A stretch of DNA of 64,000 nucleotides from an uncultured virus (IMG/VR IMGVR_UViG_3300042453_003546). Lineage: Duplodnaviria; Heunggongvirae; Uroviricota; Caudoviricetes. This document shows positions 28,990 through 38,951 of the stretch, in pieces. Where the stretch lies: IMG/VR virus record IMGVR_UViG_3300042453_003546; one strand, 5' to 3'. Made by a program: the position numbers and the translations under genes. Below the pieces are notes generated by a model. The model worked only from the letters and a program-made list of their open reading frames with translations. It made no database searches and was not told the DNA's origin. Every line of letters starts with the position of its first letter. The first letter of the stretch is position 1.

Positions 28990-29562
28990 TCAAACTAAAG
29001 TGATGCGAGCAAATTCTAAAAAGTTTCTTACTGCATAGTTGATACTGGGGACAGTTGCTGATGCCTTATAGAGTTGAGTTTCATTATGGTCAATGATGTC
29101 TTGTCTTCGTCCGGTTAACTTCCAGTTAATTGATGCAAACGTATAAATACCATTATCAATACCTTTTTCTTTTCCAATACTATCATATTGGGCTTGATCT
29201 ATCTCAATAGCATAGCTTTCTGAATCTTCTATTTTTTCTACGAAATACCTTATATCACTACCAACAACATACGCTTGTTCTTTAGGAGTGTATAGATATG
29301 GGCGAGGTTCTACAAAGGTTAGTACTTTTACATCAAAATCAAAGTTACGATCGTATATGTAATGGTCTTGCACACGATACAATCTTTGTAGGATTCTAGC
29401 GTCTGGAGTTGGTGTAGGTCCTGTTTTGGCTGTTTTACCGAGAAAGTGATACTCTCCGATATACTCAACTCCATCAAGACTAAACTGACCACCTTTTGTA
29501 TATTTGTATAGGTTGTCATTACGTCCTGAGGAAAATTCACTATAATTTTTATCCTTTGCCAT
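28990..29562 (-). CDS. Hypothetical protein, probably baseplate-associated
   Basis: YTKGGQF...YIGEYH; end of the tail operon. Confidence 0.5.
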   Translation of the reverse strand: MAKDKNYSEFSSGRNDNLYKYTKGGQFSLDGVEYIGEYHFLGKTAKTGPTPTPDARILQRLYRVQDHYIYDRNFDFDVKVLTFVEPRPYLYTPKEQAYVVGSDIRYFVEKIEDSESYAIEIDQAQYDSIGKEKGIDNGIYTFASINWKLTGRRQDIIDHNETQLYKASATVPSINYAVRNFLEFARITLV

Positions 29563-29564
29563 AT

Positions 29565-31631
29565 CTATCCTTTAAATCTACATACTGTGTTCACAGTTGT
29601 TGTCCAATCATTTACTGTGATGGAATGTTCTACAGTTGTCACTTGCCATTCGAAATTTCTTGTGATTTGTGGTGGAATACGATCACTAACAACCATCTGT
29701 CCAAATTGCAAACCACCTATTCCATCAATGGTAAAACTAAAATCAAATGGAAGTGGCACTCCCTTACAATGATCTCTCTTGCCAGCGAGACTATCACCAA
29801 AAATGGTAGACAAAAATGAAGATCGCCAAACTGAAAATTGAGATGGTGTTACATTATAAGCTTCTATAAGTAAGGACTTACATGCCGTTACATTTGCAGC
29901 AGCCGGTCCTTTTTCTTTTAGCTTTGCAAACACTCCATTATAGCTGAGATCCTCTGACGATTGTACCTCTCCTTTATTGCTAGATCCACAGTCGCTACTT
30001 GCTGTTTCTTGAGTTGGTTTTCCTTTTGCAAGATTATACGCTCGTCCTGTATCTGAGTTGAATGCCTTAAACACATCCCCATCACAATTACCACCACTTG
30101 GACTTTTTGCTTTTGCAATTGGTCCATTGGAGTAGAGTGCTTGTGTTTTCATTGCCTCTGTCATTTTCATATCCAACTTGAAATCTCTGACAATCGATGC
30201 ACCACCACCATTCCCAAATGCTGTTGTGTTAATTGTTAACGGTCCTGCTGCTTCGTAGGTCTTAATATCAATACAAGCTATGGTTGGTGGTTTATCATTA
30301 CCAACGTCTTCACAAGATTCTGTTGTAGACACAACTTCAAAAGCCCACAAATTACCGCAAGCATCACTTATCTTGTTTAAGACATTCGTCAAAAAGCTTA
30401 TTAGACTACCATCACTTTGCTCTGCTGCGCGAAGCTCTCCTAAGACAAATATTACGTTTAACATAATATTATCTAATCGAACACCTCTTCCATTACCCAC
30501 ACTGACTACTCCTTCTGGTGCCGAATCTCCTTTTTCAAATACACTTGTTTCGTCCCAATATTCAGTACCTCGAATAAAACAAATCTTTGGATCTGCTGAA
30601 GTAACTGCTGGATGCCATGGTAATGTGATCCCACCACTTGAGACTTGTCCAAGAAACTTTGTCTTTATTCGTTCCTTGCTAAGATCCATTACCAAGTAGT
30701 TGATCATTGCTTCCAATGTTCCCCATGATATATAAGACTCATAAGACACTTTCTCTGTAAAATACTCGCCCCAACCTCTCCAAAAACCAACAGAAGCTTC
30801 TTCCCCTGCCTCATTTCTTTGTGGCATATTTTTCATATACCTTCTCTGAATGATTATATTAGTACCATTCACATATGGTGTGAACTCACTTCTATATTTT
30901 CCACTAGTGGAATCGTAATTTTCTTGCAAGTCTCTTAGGTGAGCTTGGATGTCGGATTCTACTCTAGTAACTTTTTCTTTTTTGTTTTGTTCGTTATTTA
31001 CTTCATTCTCCCTCTTACAACCACAATTATATGTATTCACTTTTGCACCACTCACTGATTCGGCTGCTGCAATTACTTCCAGCGTACAATCCCAGTAATT
31101 GTCAGTTGTCAGTGAATAACCAAAGTTTGCTACAATCCCTTGCAATCCTGAGTAATGTGGTGAATTTTTTTCTTTCTTTTTCATCTCGCAAATTGCACGC
31201 GCATCACTAAAGTTTCTATCTCCTACAGTTGCTGGTGCTGGTCTGTTTTGTGTATCAATTGACCAACCCCATTCAATACGAACACCCATTCCTGGTAAAA
31301 AGAAACATTTTTGTAATCCTATAAGCTGTTGGTCAGTATAAGCTGTTATTTTGATAGTAGCTCTTTTTGTTGTTCCTAACTCACCCTGCTTCTTGACATC
31401 TACCGATTGTATAGTTGGTAGTGGTCGTACAAATCCTGGTTCATACAAGGCTCCTTTAGTGCTTGATAATACAGTAAACTGCCCATTATCAGGACACTCA
31501 CTACATAGACTTGTAAGTACTACCCAAGGAAACCTTTTTGCATTCCAATCTATTCCAGCTCTAGTACCTCTACGTTCTAGTTCTGTTACAACACTACTAG
31601 GAATTGGTTTTTTACCAAATGGATTTTGCAT
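29565..31631 (-). CDS. Putative baseplate hub protein
   Basis: PGMGVRIEWGW and C-terminal FTIDGIGG...VTTVEHSI...WTT; follows the LysM-like gene. Confidence 0.6.
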   Translation of the reverse strand: MQNPFGKKPIPSSVVTELERRGTRAGIDWNAKRFPWVVLTSLCSECPDNGQFTVLSSTKGALYEPGFVRPLPTIQSVDVKKQGELGTTKRATIKITAYTDQQLIGLQKCFFLPGMGVRIEWGWSIDTQNRPAPATVGDRNFSDARAICEMKKKEKNSPHYSGLQGIVANFGYSLTTDNYWDCTLEVIAAAESVSGAKVNTYNCGCKRENEVNNEQNKKEKVTRVESDIQAHLRDLQENYDSTSGKYRSEFTPYVNGTNIIIQRRYMKNMPQRNEAGEEASVGFWRGWGEYFTEKVSYESYISWGTLEAMINYLVMDLSKERIKTKFLGQVSSGGITLPWHPAVTSADPKICFIRGTEYWDETSVFEKGDSAPEGVVSVGNGRGVRLDNIMLNVIFVLGELRAAEQSDGSLISFLTNVLNKISDACGNLWAFEVVSTTESCEDVGNDKPPTIACIDIKTYEAAGPLTINTTAFGNGGGASIVRDFKLDMKMTEAMKTQALYSNGPIAKAKSPSGGNCDGDVFKAFNSDTGRAYNLAKGKPTQETASSDCGSSNKGEVQSSEDLSYNGVFAKLKEKGPAAANVTACKSLLIEAYNVTPSQFSVWRSSFLSTIFGDSLAGKRDHCKGVPLPFDFSFTIDGIGGLQFGQMVVSDRIPPQITRNFEWQVTTVEHSITVNDWTTTVNTVCRFKG

Positions 31632-31634
31632 AAC

Positions 31635-31934
31635 TTATCTGTTTAGGTTTTCGTAGTCTCTAATAATTTGTGATGTTTGAGTTGGCACTCTTAATTGCAT
31701 TCCAACTGGAATAGCCATATTACCCTTACCAATTGCATTTGCCTCTGCAATTATCCACCAGTATCCAACATCACCGTAATATTTTTTAGCTAATAAGTCT
31801 AGTCTATCACCTGGAGTTGTCATTAAATATATGTCAGACACATCTCTTGGTATTGGTGGATACAGAACAAACCTCGTAACACGTTTGTTAGTTTCGTTTG
31901 TTGTTGTTGGTATGTTTTCGTATCTACTTATCAT
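31635..31934 (-). CDS. LysM/tail-X-like baseplate protein
   Basis: GDRLDLLAKKYYGD..YWWIIAEAN...G.QLRVP. Confidence 0.8.
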   Translation of the reverse strand: MISRYENIPTTTNETNKRVTRFVLYPPIPRDVSDIYLMTTPGDRLDLLAKKYYGDVGYWWIIAEANAIGKGNMAIPVGMQLRVPTQTSQIIRDYENLNR

Positions 31935-34375
31935 TGTCCTATGTAGTTAAAGTAGTTGTTTGTATTTGCGTTTAGAGGGCTTCCATTAACATCTCCTAGT
32001 ACAGCAAAGTCCATTGAGACATCTATTAAGTGTGGTACTCCTTTGTCAAGATCCCAAGAGTAATCAGCTATCTGTACGTCAAACTTAAGCGAGTTCATTA
32101 CTACGGGTGTATTTTTAAACCATCTACCTACTGTTATTGTTGTTAATGGTCCTAAAATATAGTTATTTTGAGTTGGACGTCCAACAGCTACTTCCTTTAC
32201 TAGCTGATTAAGTTTTCTGTATTGATTGCTTAGATCAGTAGGATTGAATGCAGCTACTTTGAATCCGATACTACCTCCTCTTGTTACTCCTTTAAATGCC
32301 TTGAGTGTGTCTTGACGACCAACATAGTTTACATCATTCCAGTTAATTGTAAAGCTATCACTAAATGTAGTGATAAACGCTCTAAAAGCTAATGAGCCTA
32401 TTTTTAATGTCACTAAGTCATTAGGTGCATCTGAATTATCGATTTTGCCGTTTGTGAATCCAGAACGATTATCTACATACTTTGATACGCCTCTGTCTTG
32501 AGGTTTTCCTCCAGTTGTGCCATCTACTCCAATCCCATTATCAATCGATAATCGAAAATCCTCTTGTAAGTTGTTTGGAGCACTTTTCATCGATCGATTT
32601 ACAATCTGATCGTAATTCAATGTCTTATAAAGTCCTGAATTTCTTCCAACACTCTTATCAAAACCCTCTCGTACTTCTGGATAGGTATCGCCACCTAACC
32701 TATCATAGGCTACTTGAGCTTCTTCATTAACCCCCGTTTCACCTACTAAATTACCATCTGCTCCTCTCACATTTGCCGATAACTCCGATCTAAAATCCGA
32801 TTGATTTTGGTTAGTACGGCTGTTTGCAGCTCGAGTAGCTATTTGATCATAAGCTAGTGTTCTATATTGTGCAAGTGATCCTCTATATCCTATTTCGATA
32901 GGACCTGCATCACCAGGTAATCTGTTTGGATTATATTTGTTTGTCTGATGCATCTCAGTGACCTCAATTTCAAGGTCTAGTAATGTAGCTTCATCTTGAG
33001 TGGTGTTTAATAATACACCTGCATCATTTCGTTCAAACTTATTAGATCGATAATTTGGATAGACTCCTATATTACCAATCTTTACTTCATATGGTTGGCC
33101 AGTGTTTTCATATTTATAGTTTAATGCTGCTGAGCCATTCCCATCATTTGTTTTTAAACTATCAACATATATTACGAGGTCTGGATTAATACTAAGTACG
33201 TTACCAAGTGAGTACACGTCAATAGTAGATCCTAGTATAATTTGCTCTCCAAAGTTGTCGTTACGTAAATCAGCACTACCATGAACAACTCTAGGTGTAA
33301 AAAATGCTAACGCCCTTTGTGCAGCATATCCTAACACTCTTAACACTGGAGACGATCTATCTGGCTCAAATGTGATTGGGGTTGGATCTAATCCACCTTG
33401 GTTTGGTGTTGCTATAGGAGAGTTGATTACGATGCTTGCAGGTACTTGAGTTGGTATATTGATTGGTGTTGTTATATTAATACCACTCTGTAGTTGATTC
33501 TGTGTTATGATTATTCCTTGCAAAGCATAAACAGACTGTAGGGATATCGGTTGAGTTGGTACCACACCATATCCCTGCAACACAAATCCGACTGCTGTTG
33601 GACTAGTTGGTGCTATAAATGATTGATATATCCCATTACTAAAATAAGCTCCCTGCTGAAGTATAACATCCTGAGTTGGGAATGATACGTTTGTAATCGA
33701 TCCATAACTTGAACCGATAAGTACCCCACCTTGCAATAAGATAAAATCACTTGGTGTTAAACTTATTTGTGCAATGGATGTATAAGTCCCGTTACTAAAC
33801 AATCCTCCTTGCTGCAATATAAAGTCACCAATTGGTACTAGTGGCTGTATGTTGGATGTATGATTTGGTGTAAATACAATGTTAACTGGATTAAGTCCTC
33901 CTTGATTTGGAGTTCCTACCGGCTGTGAAACAATTGTATTACTAGTATGATTAAAGATACCAAATCTAGATATTGTTATATAGTCAGTATAAAAATCCGC
34001 TAAGAAAAACTGAGGTAGGTGTCTTGTTGTTCCTAAATCAGGTTGTGCTAATCTATCTGCTAAGTTTATGTTTGTTCTGAATTGTGTGTTGGCTAGTGGT
34101 ATAGCAAATCTAGTCAATCCAGTGTTTTGGAATGTTGCTATAGTTGGTAATATCTGTACACCAGCTGTTCTTGCAATGTCCTTTAAGATGGCACTGTTTT
34201 TTTCCTGTGCATCAATTGTTATTTTTAATTGAGCAGGTTGTGATTGGTTAGGTGGGGTAGGAAGCTTGATTGTTCCTTCACCCTGATTGACTGGTTGTGG
34301 TTTTTGGGGAAGTTGATTATAGGTACTCGCCCTTAATCTCTCCTCTAAGCTAATTGTTTTAAATATTTGTGCCAT
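31931..34375 (-). CDS. Large baseplate/tail-tube-initiator-like protein with internal repeats
   Basis: C-terminal FRAFITTFSDSF...W....YVGR tube-like domain; QQG repeats; follows the tape measure gene. Confidence 0.55.
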   Translation of the reverse strand: MAQIFKTISLEERLRASTYNQLPQKPQPVNQGEGTIKLPTPPNQSQPAQLKITIDAQEKNSAILKDIARTAGVQILPTIATFQNTGLTRFAIPLANTQFRTNINLADRLAQPDLGTTRHLPQFFLADFYTDYITISRFGIFNHTSNTIVSQPVGTPNQGGLNPVNIVFTPNHTSNIQPLVPIGDFILQQGGLFSNGTYTSIAQISLTPSDFILLQGGVLIGSSYGSITNVSFPTQDVILQQGAYFSNGIYQSFIAPTSPTAVGFVLQGYGVVPTQPISLQSVYALQGIIITQNQLQSGINITTPINIPTQVPASIVINSPIATPNQGGLDPTPITFEPDRSSPVLRVLGYAAQRALAFFTPRVVHGSADLRNDNFGEQIILGSTIDVYSLGNVLSINPDLVIYVDSLKTNDGNGSAALNYKYENTGQPYEVKIGNIGVYPNYRSNKFERNDAGVLLNTTQDEATLLDLEIEVTEMHQTNKYNPNRLPGDAGPIEIGYRGSLAQYRTLAYDQIATRAANSRTNQNQSDFRSELSANVRGADGNLVGETGVNEEAQVAYDRLGGDTYPEVREGFDKSVGRNSGLYKTLNYDQIVNRSMKSAPNNLQEDFRLSIDNGIGVDGTTGGKPQDRGVSKYVDNRSGFTNGKIDNSDAPNDLVTLKIGSLAFRAFITTFSDSFTINWNDVNYVGRQDTLKAFKGVTRGGSIGFKVAAFNPTDLSNQYRKLNQLVKEVAVGRPTQNNYILGPLTTITVGRWFKNTPVVMNSLKFDVQIADYSWDLDKGVPHLIDVSMDFAVLGDVNGSPLNANTNNYFNYIGQ

Positions 34376-34376
34376 A

Positions 34377-36932
34377 TTATCTTATACCTGCTGAGTTTAA
34401 TCCTAAACGTATAACCTCACCAACCTTTTTACCATCCATACTAACTTGACCACCTTGAGATGCTATTACTTTTAATTCTCTTATTTCTGCGATCAGTGTA
34501 TCCATCTTATCTTCTTTCTCTCCTTCACCACCTCCAAACAATCCACCTAAGGATGCTCCAAGTCCAGATAGTGCTGGTGCCACTGCAGCGAGTGCAATGA
34601 GTGCTCCAATTACCGGTAAAGCTGCCAGGCCACTAATTGCCATAGATGTTAATCCACTTCCCATGCTAATCAATGCTTGTCCTGCTACCGATAGTCCAGA
34701 TGATGCTTGTGATATCATATTCAAGCTTTCGGAAATTGGAATTAACATTAGCCCAAAAGCTCCAAGCGCAACTCCAGCTATTAATAAACCTGGGGCTACA
34801 TATAAGGCTGCCGCACCTAAGGTTAGAAAACCTGTACCCAGTATCATCAAGGCACCACCTAAAATAGCTAGATCAACCGCCATTGGCGCTAGTTGTATTA
34901 ATGATGGTAAAAATAACTCAAACCCTTTGGCAAATTCCTGGATTGCTTTTCCTAAAACAAATAAAGATGCTGCTACAATAAGCATGGCAGCTGCTCCCGC
35001 CAATAAAAATAATGCTTGAGGACCGGCTAAGAATGTGCCCATGAGAGCCAATGCACCTACTAAAGCCAACATTGCAACAATAGCCTTTCCTATATCACTC
35101 CAAGAAACTTGAGTAAATTCTTGAGCTGCCTTTGCAAATACAAACACTGCTCCTGCCACTATCAACATTGCAGCGGCACCTGCTAATAACTTTGCTGGAT
35201 TGATTTTTTCTATTGCTTTAGTGAGGCCCCCAGTTGATTTTCCTGAATCTTCTGGTACAACTTTTTCGGTTAGTTTTTTTGCTTTATCTCCTGCCACATC
35301 TTTTACACTCTCCGCACCCTTCCCCATAATCTTCTGCATTCCAAACTTCCACAACATGTGAGCTTTTTCCTTTACCCAAAAAGCTGCATCTGCAGCATAC
35401 CCAGCCATCTTTGCTAGGTTTCCGTCTAATATAAATTGAGTGCCTGCTAATAACAATTCTCCATTTTCTTTTAAGAATCCTACTGCAGCACCGCCATACT
35501 CCAATATAGCTCCTAATGCTCGTTCTCCTAATGTAGCTCCCTCTCCAAAATACTTGTTTGATTCTTCTTGTGCATCGATTGTTTTTTGCAACTCAGCTAC
35601 CGTTAATCCAGCTGCTTCTGCCAATGCCTTTTTCTGTAAGACATTCATCTTATCAAACTCCGCTACTCCGCCTACATTTTTCAATGTTTCTTTTGTTGCT
35701 CCCTCCAGATCCCCAGCTAAGCTTAATTCACGCGCTTTATCAAGATTTATCTCTCTTCCTAATAACACAGATGCTTCCATCTGTTTGTTAATACTATTCT
35801 CAAAATCAAGCAACCCTTCAGCCATTTTGGCAGCAGTACCTATTTCAATACCCATTTTGTGTAGCTCGATCGCAGCTTTTCCAAATCCCTCAGCGCCTTT
35901 TTTACTAAATAGAGCCATTGTTTCTGTTTGGTCAGCCATATCTCTCATGATCTTGGCTGGTGCAATACCCTGTAATTCAGCCATATGACCTACATGCTCC
36001 ATTGCATTTTTAGCCGTTTCAGCTGTTTCCCCTGGCATTTGTGATAATGCGGCATTCACTTTTAATGCCTCTTGACCAGCAATTCCAAAATGATGGGCCA
36101 TCATTCCGAGATCGCTTACGGTCTCCTTGCTTAGTGCATTTATATTACCATACTCCTCTACTATCCCTTGCAAGACTCCTTTGGTATCCGATAGACCCAA
36201 CAAGCTCATAATATTCAGCGACTTGAACTGCGCACCTACTGCTTGACCTGCTGTAAGTCCCATCTCTCTAAAACTCCTAAAGCTTTCGTAGGCATCACCC
36301 AACTTATCCAATATAGCATCTAAAAAAACGGCTTTTGCGAGTTCAGGTGTTTTTAAAATGTCTTGTATATTTTCCCAGCCCTCTTGATATGTCTTTAACC
36401 ATTCACTGGCGTTTGCGATTTTTTCATTTATTTCTGCTGATTTTTCCAGAGCTTCATTTGATTCCTCTTGCTGTTTGAGCAAGTCCTGCATTTGTCTGGT
36501 GTTATCCTTTATTTGTTCATTCTGTGATACTAATCCGTCTATGTCCCCTTGCAGAGCGGTTAATTTTTCTTGAAACTTATAAAAACGACCCATGTTACCC
36601 ATCTCCTCTGCCAGTAGCATCAATCTCTCTATTACAGCAGCGTTTTTCTGGTATTCTGTAATTAATGAGTTATTGTTTTCAATAGCCTGATCCTTTAATA
36701 CCTCCAGCTCAGCTTGCTTGGTAGATAGCATACTCCCAGCTACCATCTTTCTCACTTTCTCATTAAACTCAGTAGCCTTTTGATCTTTTTGCATTTCTTG
36801 GATTTGATCCTTTAAGTCTTGCAAAAAGTCTCCCCCACTAAAACCTCTTTTGGTTCCGGAACGTATACCTTCTTCAACCGCTTTCGCAACAGTTGCTGCT
36901 AGATCCTTTGGGATAAAATCATCTGCTTTCAA
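34377..36932 (-). CDS. Tape measure protein
   Basis: Long helical Ala-rich protein with hydrophobic repeats; C-terminal VSMDGKKVG; downstream of the tube and chaperone genes. Confidence 0.8.
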   Translation of the reverse strand: MKADDFIPKDLAATVAKAVEEGIRSGTKRGFSGGDFLQDLKDQIQEMQKDQKATEFNEKVRKMVAGSMLSTKQAELEVLKDQAIENNNSLITEYQKNAAVIERLMLLAEEMGNMGRFYKFQEKLTALQGDIDGLVSQNEQIKDNTRQMQDLLKQQEESNEALEKSAEINEKIANASEWLKTYQEGWENIQDILKTPELAKAVFLDAILDKLGDAYESFRSFREMGLTAGQAVGAQFKSLNIMSLLGLSDTKGVLQGIVEEYGNINALSKETVSDLGMMAHHFGIAGQEALKVNAALSQMPGETAETAKNAMEHVGHMAELQGIAPAKIMRDMADQTETMALFSKKGAEGFGKAAIELHKMGIEIGTAAKMAEGLLDFENSINKQMEASVLLGREINLDKARELSLAGDLEGATKETLKNVGGVAEFDKMNVLQKKALAEAAGLTVAELQKTIDAQEESNKYFGEGATLGERALGAILEYGGAAVGFLKENGELLLAGTQFILDGNLAKMAGYAADAAFWVKEKAHMLWKFGMQKIMGKGAESVKDVAGDKAKKLTEKVVPEDSGKSTGGLTKAIEKINPAKLLAGAAAMLIVAGAVFVFAKAAQEFTQVSWSDIGKAIVAMLALVGALALMGTFLAGPQALFLLAGAAAMLIVAASLFVLGKAIQEFAKGFELFLPSLIQLAPMAVDLAILGGALMILGTGFLTLGAAALYVAPGLLIAGVALGAFGLMLIPISESLNMISQASSGLSVAGQALISMGSGLTSMAISGLAALPVIGALIALAAVAPALSGLGASLGGLFGGGEGEKEDKMDTLIAEIRELKVIASQGGQVSMDGKKVGEVIRLGLNSAGIR

Positions 36933-36938
36933 TGTATT

Positions 36939-37262
36939 CTATTTGAAGTATTTACCAAATGTACCTTTTCTGACATCATACGCTAGTATGTCTGCAAATT
37001 TTTTTGGATCTTGCTTAATGAGTTTCGTAGCTCTCTGCATAAACTCATCCTCTTTCATTCCAAACTGCTTACTTAATTTACGAAATTCTGGATCTCTGTA
37101 TATTCTTGCAAGAGTATACTCTGTTTTGCTCTTTAATAAGTTTGTACCAAATTGTCCAACTTTATCAATCATCCAATTTACAATACCCTCTTCGATTCTA
37201 TATTCTTGATATTCTTGCTGAATTACTTTACGTAATTTTTCACGTAATTGTTTATCGGTCAT
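36939..37262 (-). CDS. Hypothetical protein with leader-like N-terminus
   Basis: MTDKQLREKLRKVIQQEYQEYRIEE; TATTTATA at 37278-85. Confidence 0.55.
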   Translation of the reverse strand: MTDKQLREKLRKVIQQEYQEYRIEEGIVNWMIDKVGQFGTNLLKSKTEYTLARIYRDPEFRKLSKQFGMKEDEFMQRATKLIKQDPKKFADILAYDVRKGTFGKYFK

Positions 37263-37298
37263 TTTACAATGTTTTCATATAAATATCTACACAAAAGG

Positions 37299-37319
37299 AA
37301 AGCCAACACTAGGTTGGCT
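37299..37319 (-). terminator. Hairpin of the AGCCAAC/GTTGGCT family
   Basis: agccaac-actag-gttggct directly after the stop at 37321. Confidence 0.65.
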
Positions 37320-37320
37320 C

Positions 37321-37503
37321 TTATCTTTTTCCCGATTTCGCTTTATCATAAGCTTCTTTTTCAGCTTCATTTTCCTTTTTGCGAGTATCAGCTAATTTGA
37401 GGTAGAAGTATCTTCGTAAATGTACTGGAAGATTATACAGCTCAGTATATGTCCATCCCATCTTTCCATAGTACATTAGATCAAAGATCTGGTCTTGCAG
37501 CAT
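37321..37503 (-). CDS. Tail chaperone C-terminal extension (gpT-like), probably made by frameshifting
   Basis: Its frame stays open upstream through the U7 run (FFGLGSEYRPMLQDQIF...); GWTYTELYNLPVHLRRYF. Confidence 0.7.
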   Translation of the reverse strand: MLQDQIFDLMYYGKMGWTYTELYNLPVHLRRYFYLKLADTRKKENEAEKEAYDKAKSGKR

Positions 37504-37513
37504 GGGTCTGTAC

Positions 37514-38383
37514 TCAGACCCCAGGCCAAAAAAAGTTGACGTTGATTGGCATTGTCATTTTCTCTTGTTCATAACCACAGCTTGGACACATAAACGAAAA
37601 GGTTGTGTCGATATCTGGAGTCACCTCTTTTAGGTACGATCTCAATGCTAAACTATCACGGGATAACATGTTATCTACAAAGTTATTGATTGCTGTTCTG
37701 TCTGCATTCCCATCCACACCAACTATCAAGTGCTTTAAACGAGTACTTAATTCAGGATCAACTCCAGTTAACTTAGTTAATCGTTTTTGTGCTTTGACGG
37801 ATTCTTCAATCGCTTTTTCATCTCCATGTGTTAAAAACTTCAATGTTAGTTGCTTTTTACAAGCTGGAAGAGTGAAGTTGTGAGTAGTTTGTCCTTTTGT
37901 GAAATTATCCCAGTTAATAATCTTTTCTTCAAATTGTTGAAGATCAATAACGTGTTTTGATTTTTCACCACAGCTTGGACAGGCAATCTCTACTTCATAA
38001 TCAGGACCATAAGCTAAGATACGAGCTGCAATAAACACAGCATTCTTATCAATAGTCAATAGATCATTGTAGTTGATTTTAGTAACTATTAACGATTGTA
38101 GTAGTTTATCGATTACAGTACCACTTTTAATTAAGCTCTGAGATGATAATATGTCCTCCTCTCTTGCTGTCATGTATTTCATCTCAATGTATCCATTTGA
38201 TAATGGATGTCCTTCTGGATAAAAATAACCTTTAGAGGGAAGTGCAATCATTTCGGTAGGAACATCTGATTTAGCATTGTTAATAGCACCAGTGTTTACA
38301 GAGTCTTGTAGGAATTTGGCTTTGATCTCTTCATCAGAGAGTTGACGATTTACTGGATAGTCGTCGTTTACAACTTTGTTCAT
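37514..38383 (-). CDS. Tail assembly chaperone / T4 gp26-like hub assembly protein
   Basis: LPSKG, MTAREEDIL, two CPSCG motifs and NFFWP end; between the tube and tape measure genes. Confidence 0.75.
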   Translation of the reverse strand: MNKVVNDDYPVNRQLSDEEIKAKFLQDSVNTGAINNAKSDVPTEMIALPSKGYFYPEGHPLSNGYIEMKYMTAREEDILSSQSLIKSGTVIDKLLQSLIVTKINYNDLLTIDKNAVFIAARILAYGPDYEVEIACPSCGEKSKHVIDLQQFEEKIINWDNFTKGQTTHNFTLPACKKQLTLKFLTHGDEKAIEESVKAQKRLTKLTGVDPELSTRLKHLIVGVDGNADRTAINNFVDNMLSRDSLALRSYLKEVTPDIDTTFSFMCPSCGYEQEKMTMPINVNFFWPGV

Positions 38384-38401
38384 AGATTAGTAACTTTTAT
38401 T

Positions 38402-38460
38402 TATAAATAAATATAACAAAATAAAAAAAGAAAGCCAACTTTTTCTGGTTGGCTTTTTTT
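38402..38460 (-). promoter_or_regulatory. Terminator hairpin plus TTG-N20-TATATTTA promoter plus TATTTATA motif
   Basis: Hairpin aaagccaac..gttggcttt starting at 38431; caa 38436-38; taaatata 38408-15; tataaata 38402-09. Confidence 0.6.
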
Positions 38461-38482
38461 AATAATCTCACACTTTACAATA

Positions 38483-38854
38483 TTATTTTAGTGTTGCTAC
38501 CGCAGCTCTAATCTTTTCTTCGTAGCGATCAGATGGTTGTTTTGCATAACCATCTAAGTAAAATAGAATTTCATTATAGGCATTTACAAGTTTATTAGCT
38601 TGTTTGATACCATCATATTGCACTTTTAGCTCTGTTCCATGAGTATGTTTTGCAGCATATCGTTCACCATTTTCTACATAGACTACTTTTACTGCACTTG
38701 CAGCAGCATCAACTTGTTTTCTTAATTCCGGTAGCATATCTGTTACCGCTTGTACAAATTGTTCTGGTGTAGTTTGAGTCGGAAGGTCGTAAGCTTCTTT
38801 GACAGCTTTTTTTACTTCTTCTTTTATGATACGTTTGACTTGTGATAGTTTCAT
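38483..38854 (-). CDS. Leader-family protein (probable paralog of 53341..53769)
   Basis: MKLSQVKRIIKEEVKKAVKEA. Confidence 0.6.
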   Translation of the reverse strand: MKLSQVKRIIKEEVKKAVKEAYDLPTQTTPEQFVQAVTDMLPELRKQVDAAASAVKVVYVENGERYAAKHTHGTELKVQYDGIKQANKLVNAYNEILFYLDGYAKQPSDRYEEKIRAAVATLK

Positions 38855-38904
38855 TTTCTTGCTATTTTTCTTATTAATATATTAAAGATCCACAATTAAA
38901 AAAC

Positions 38905-38932
38905 AAAAGCCAACTTTTTGGTTGGCTTTTTT
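38905..38932 (-). terminator. Terminator hairpin after the tail tube gene
   Basis: aaaagccaac-tttttg-gttggctttt. Confidence 0.7.
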
Positions 38933-38951
38933 ATAAAAAATTTGGTTTTGA

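Noticed and set aside
10145..38932. CRISPR array from the recurring GCCAAC/GTTGGC hairpins, and Cas4 as part of a CRISPR system
   Set aside because: Copies are kilobases apart with no spacer periodicity. The Cas4-like nuclease is a common stand-alone phage gene.
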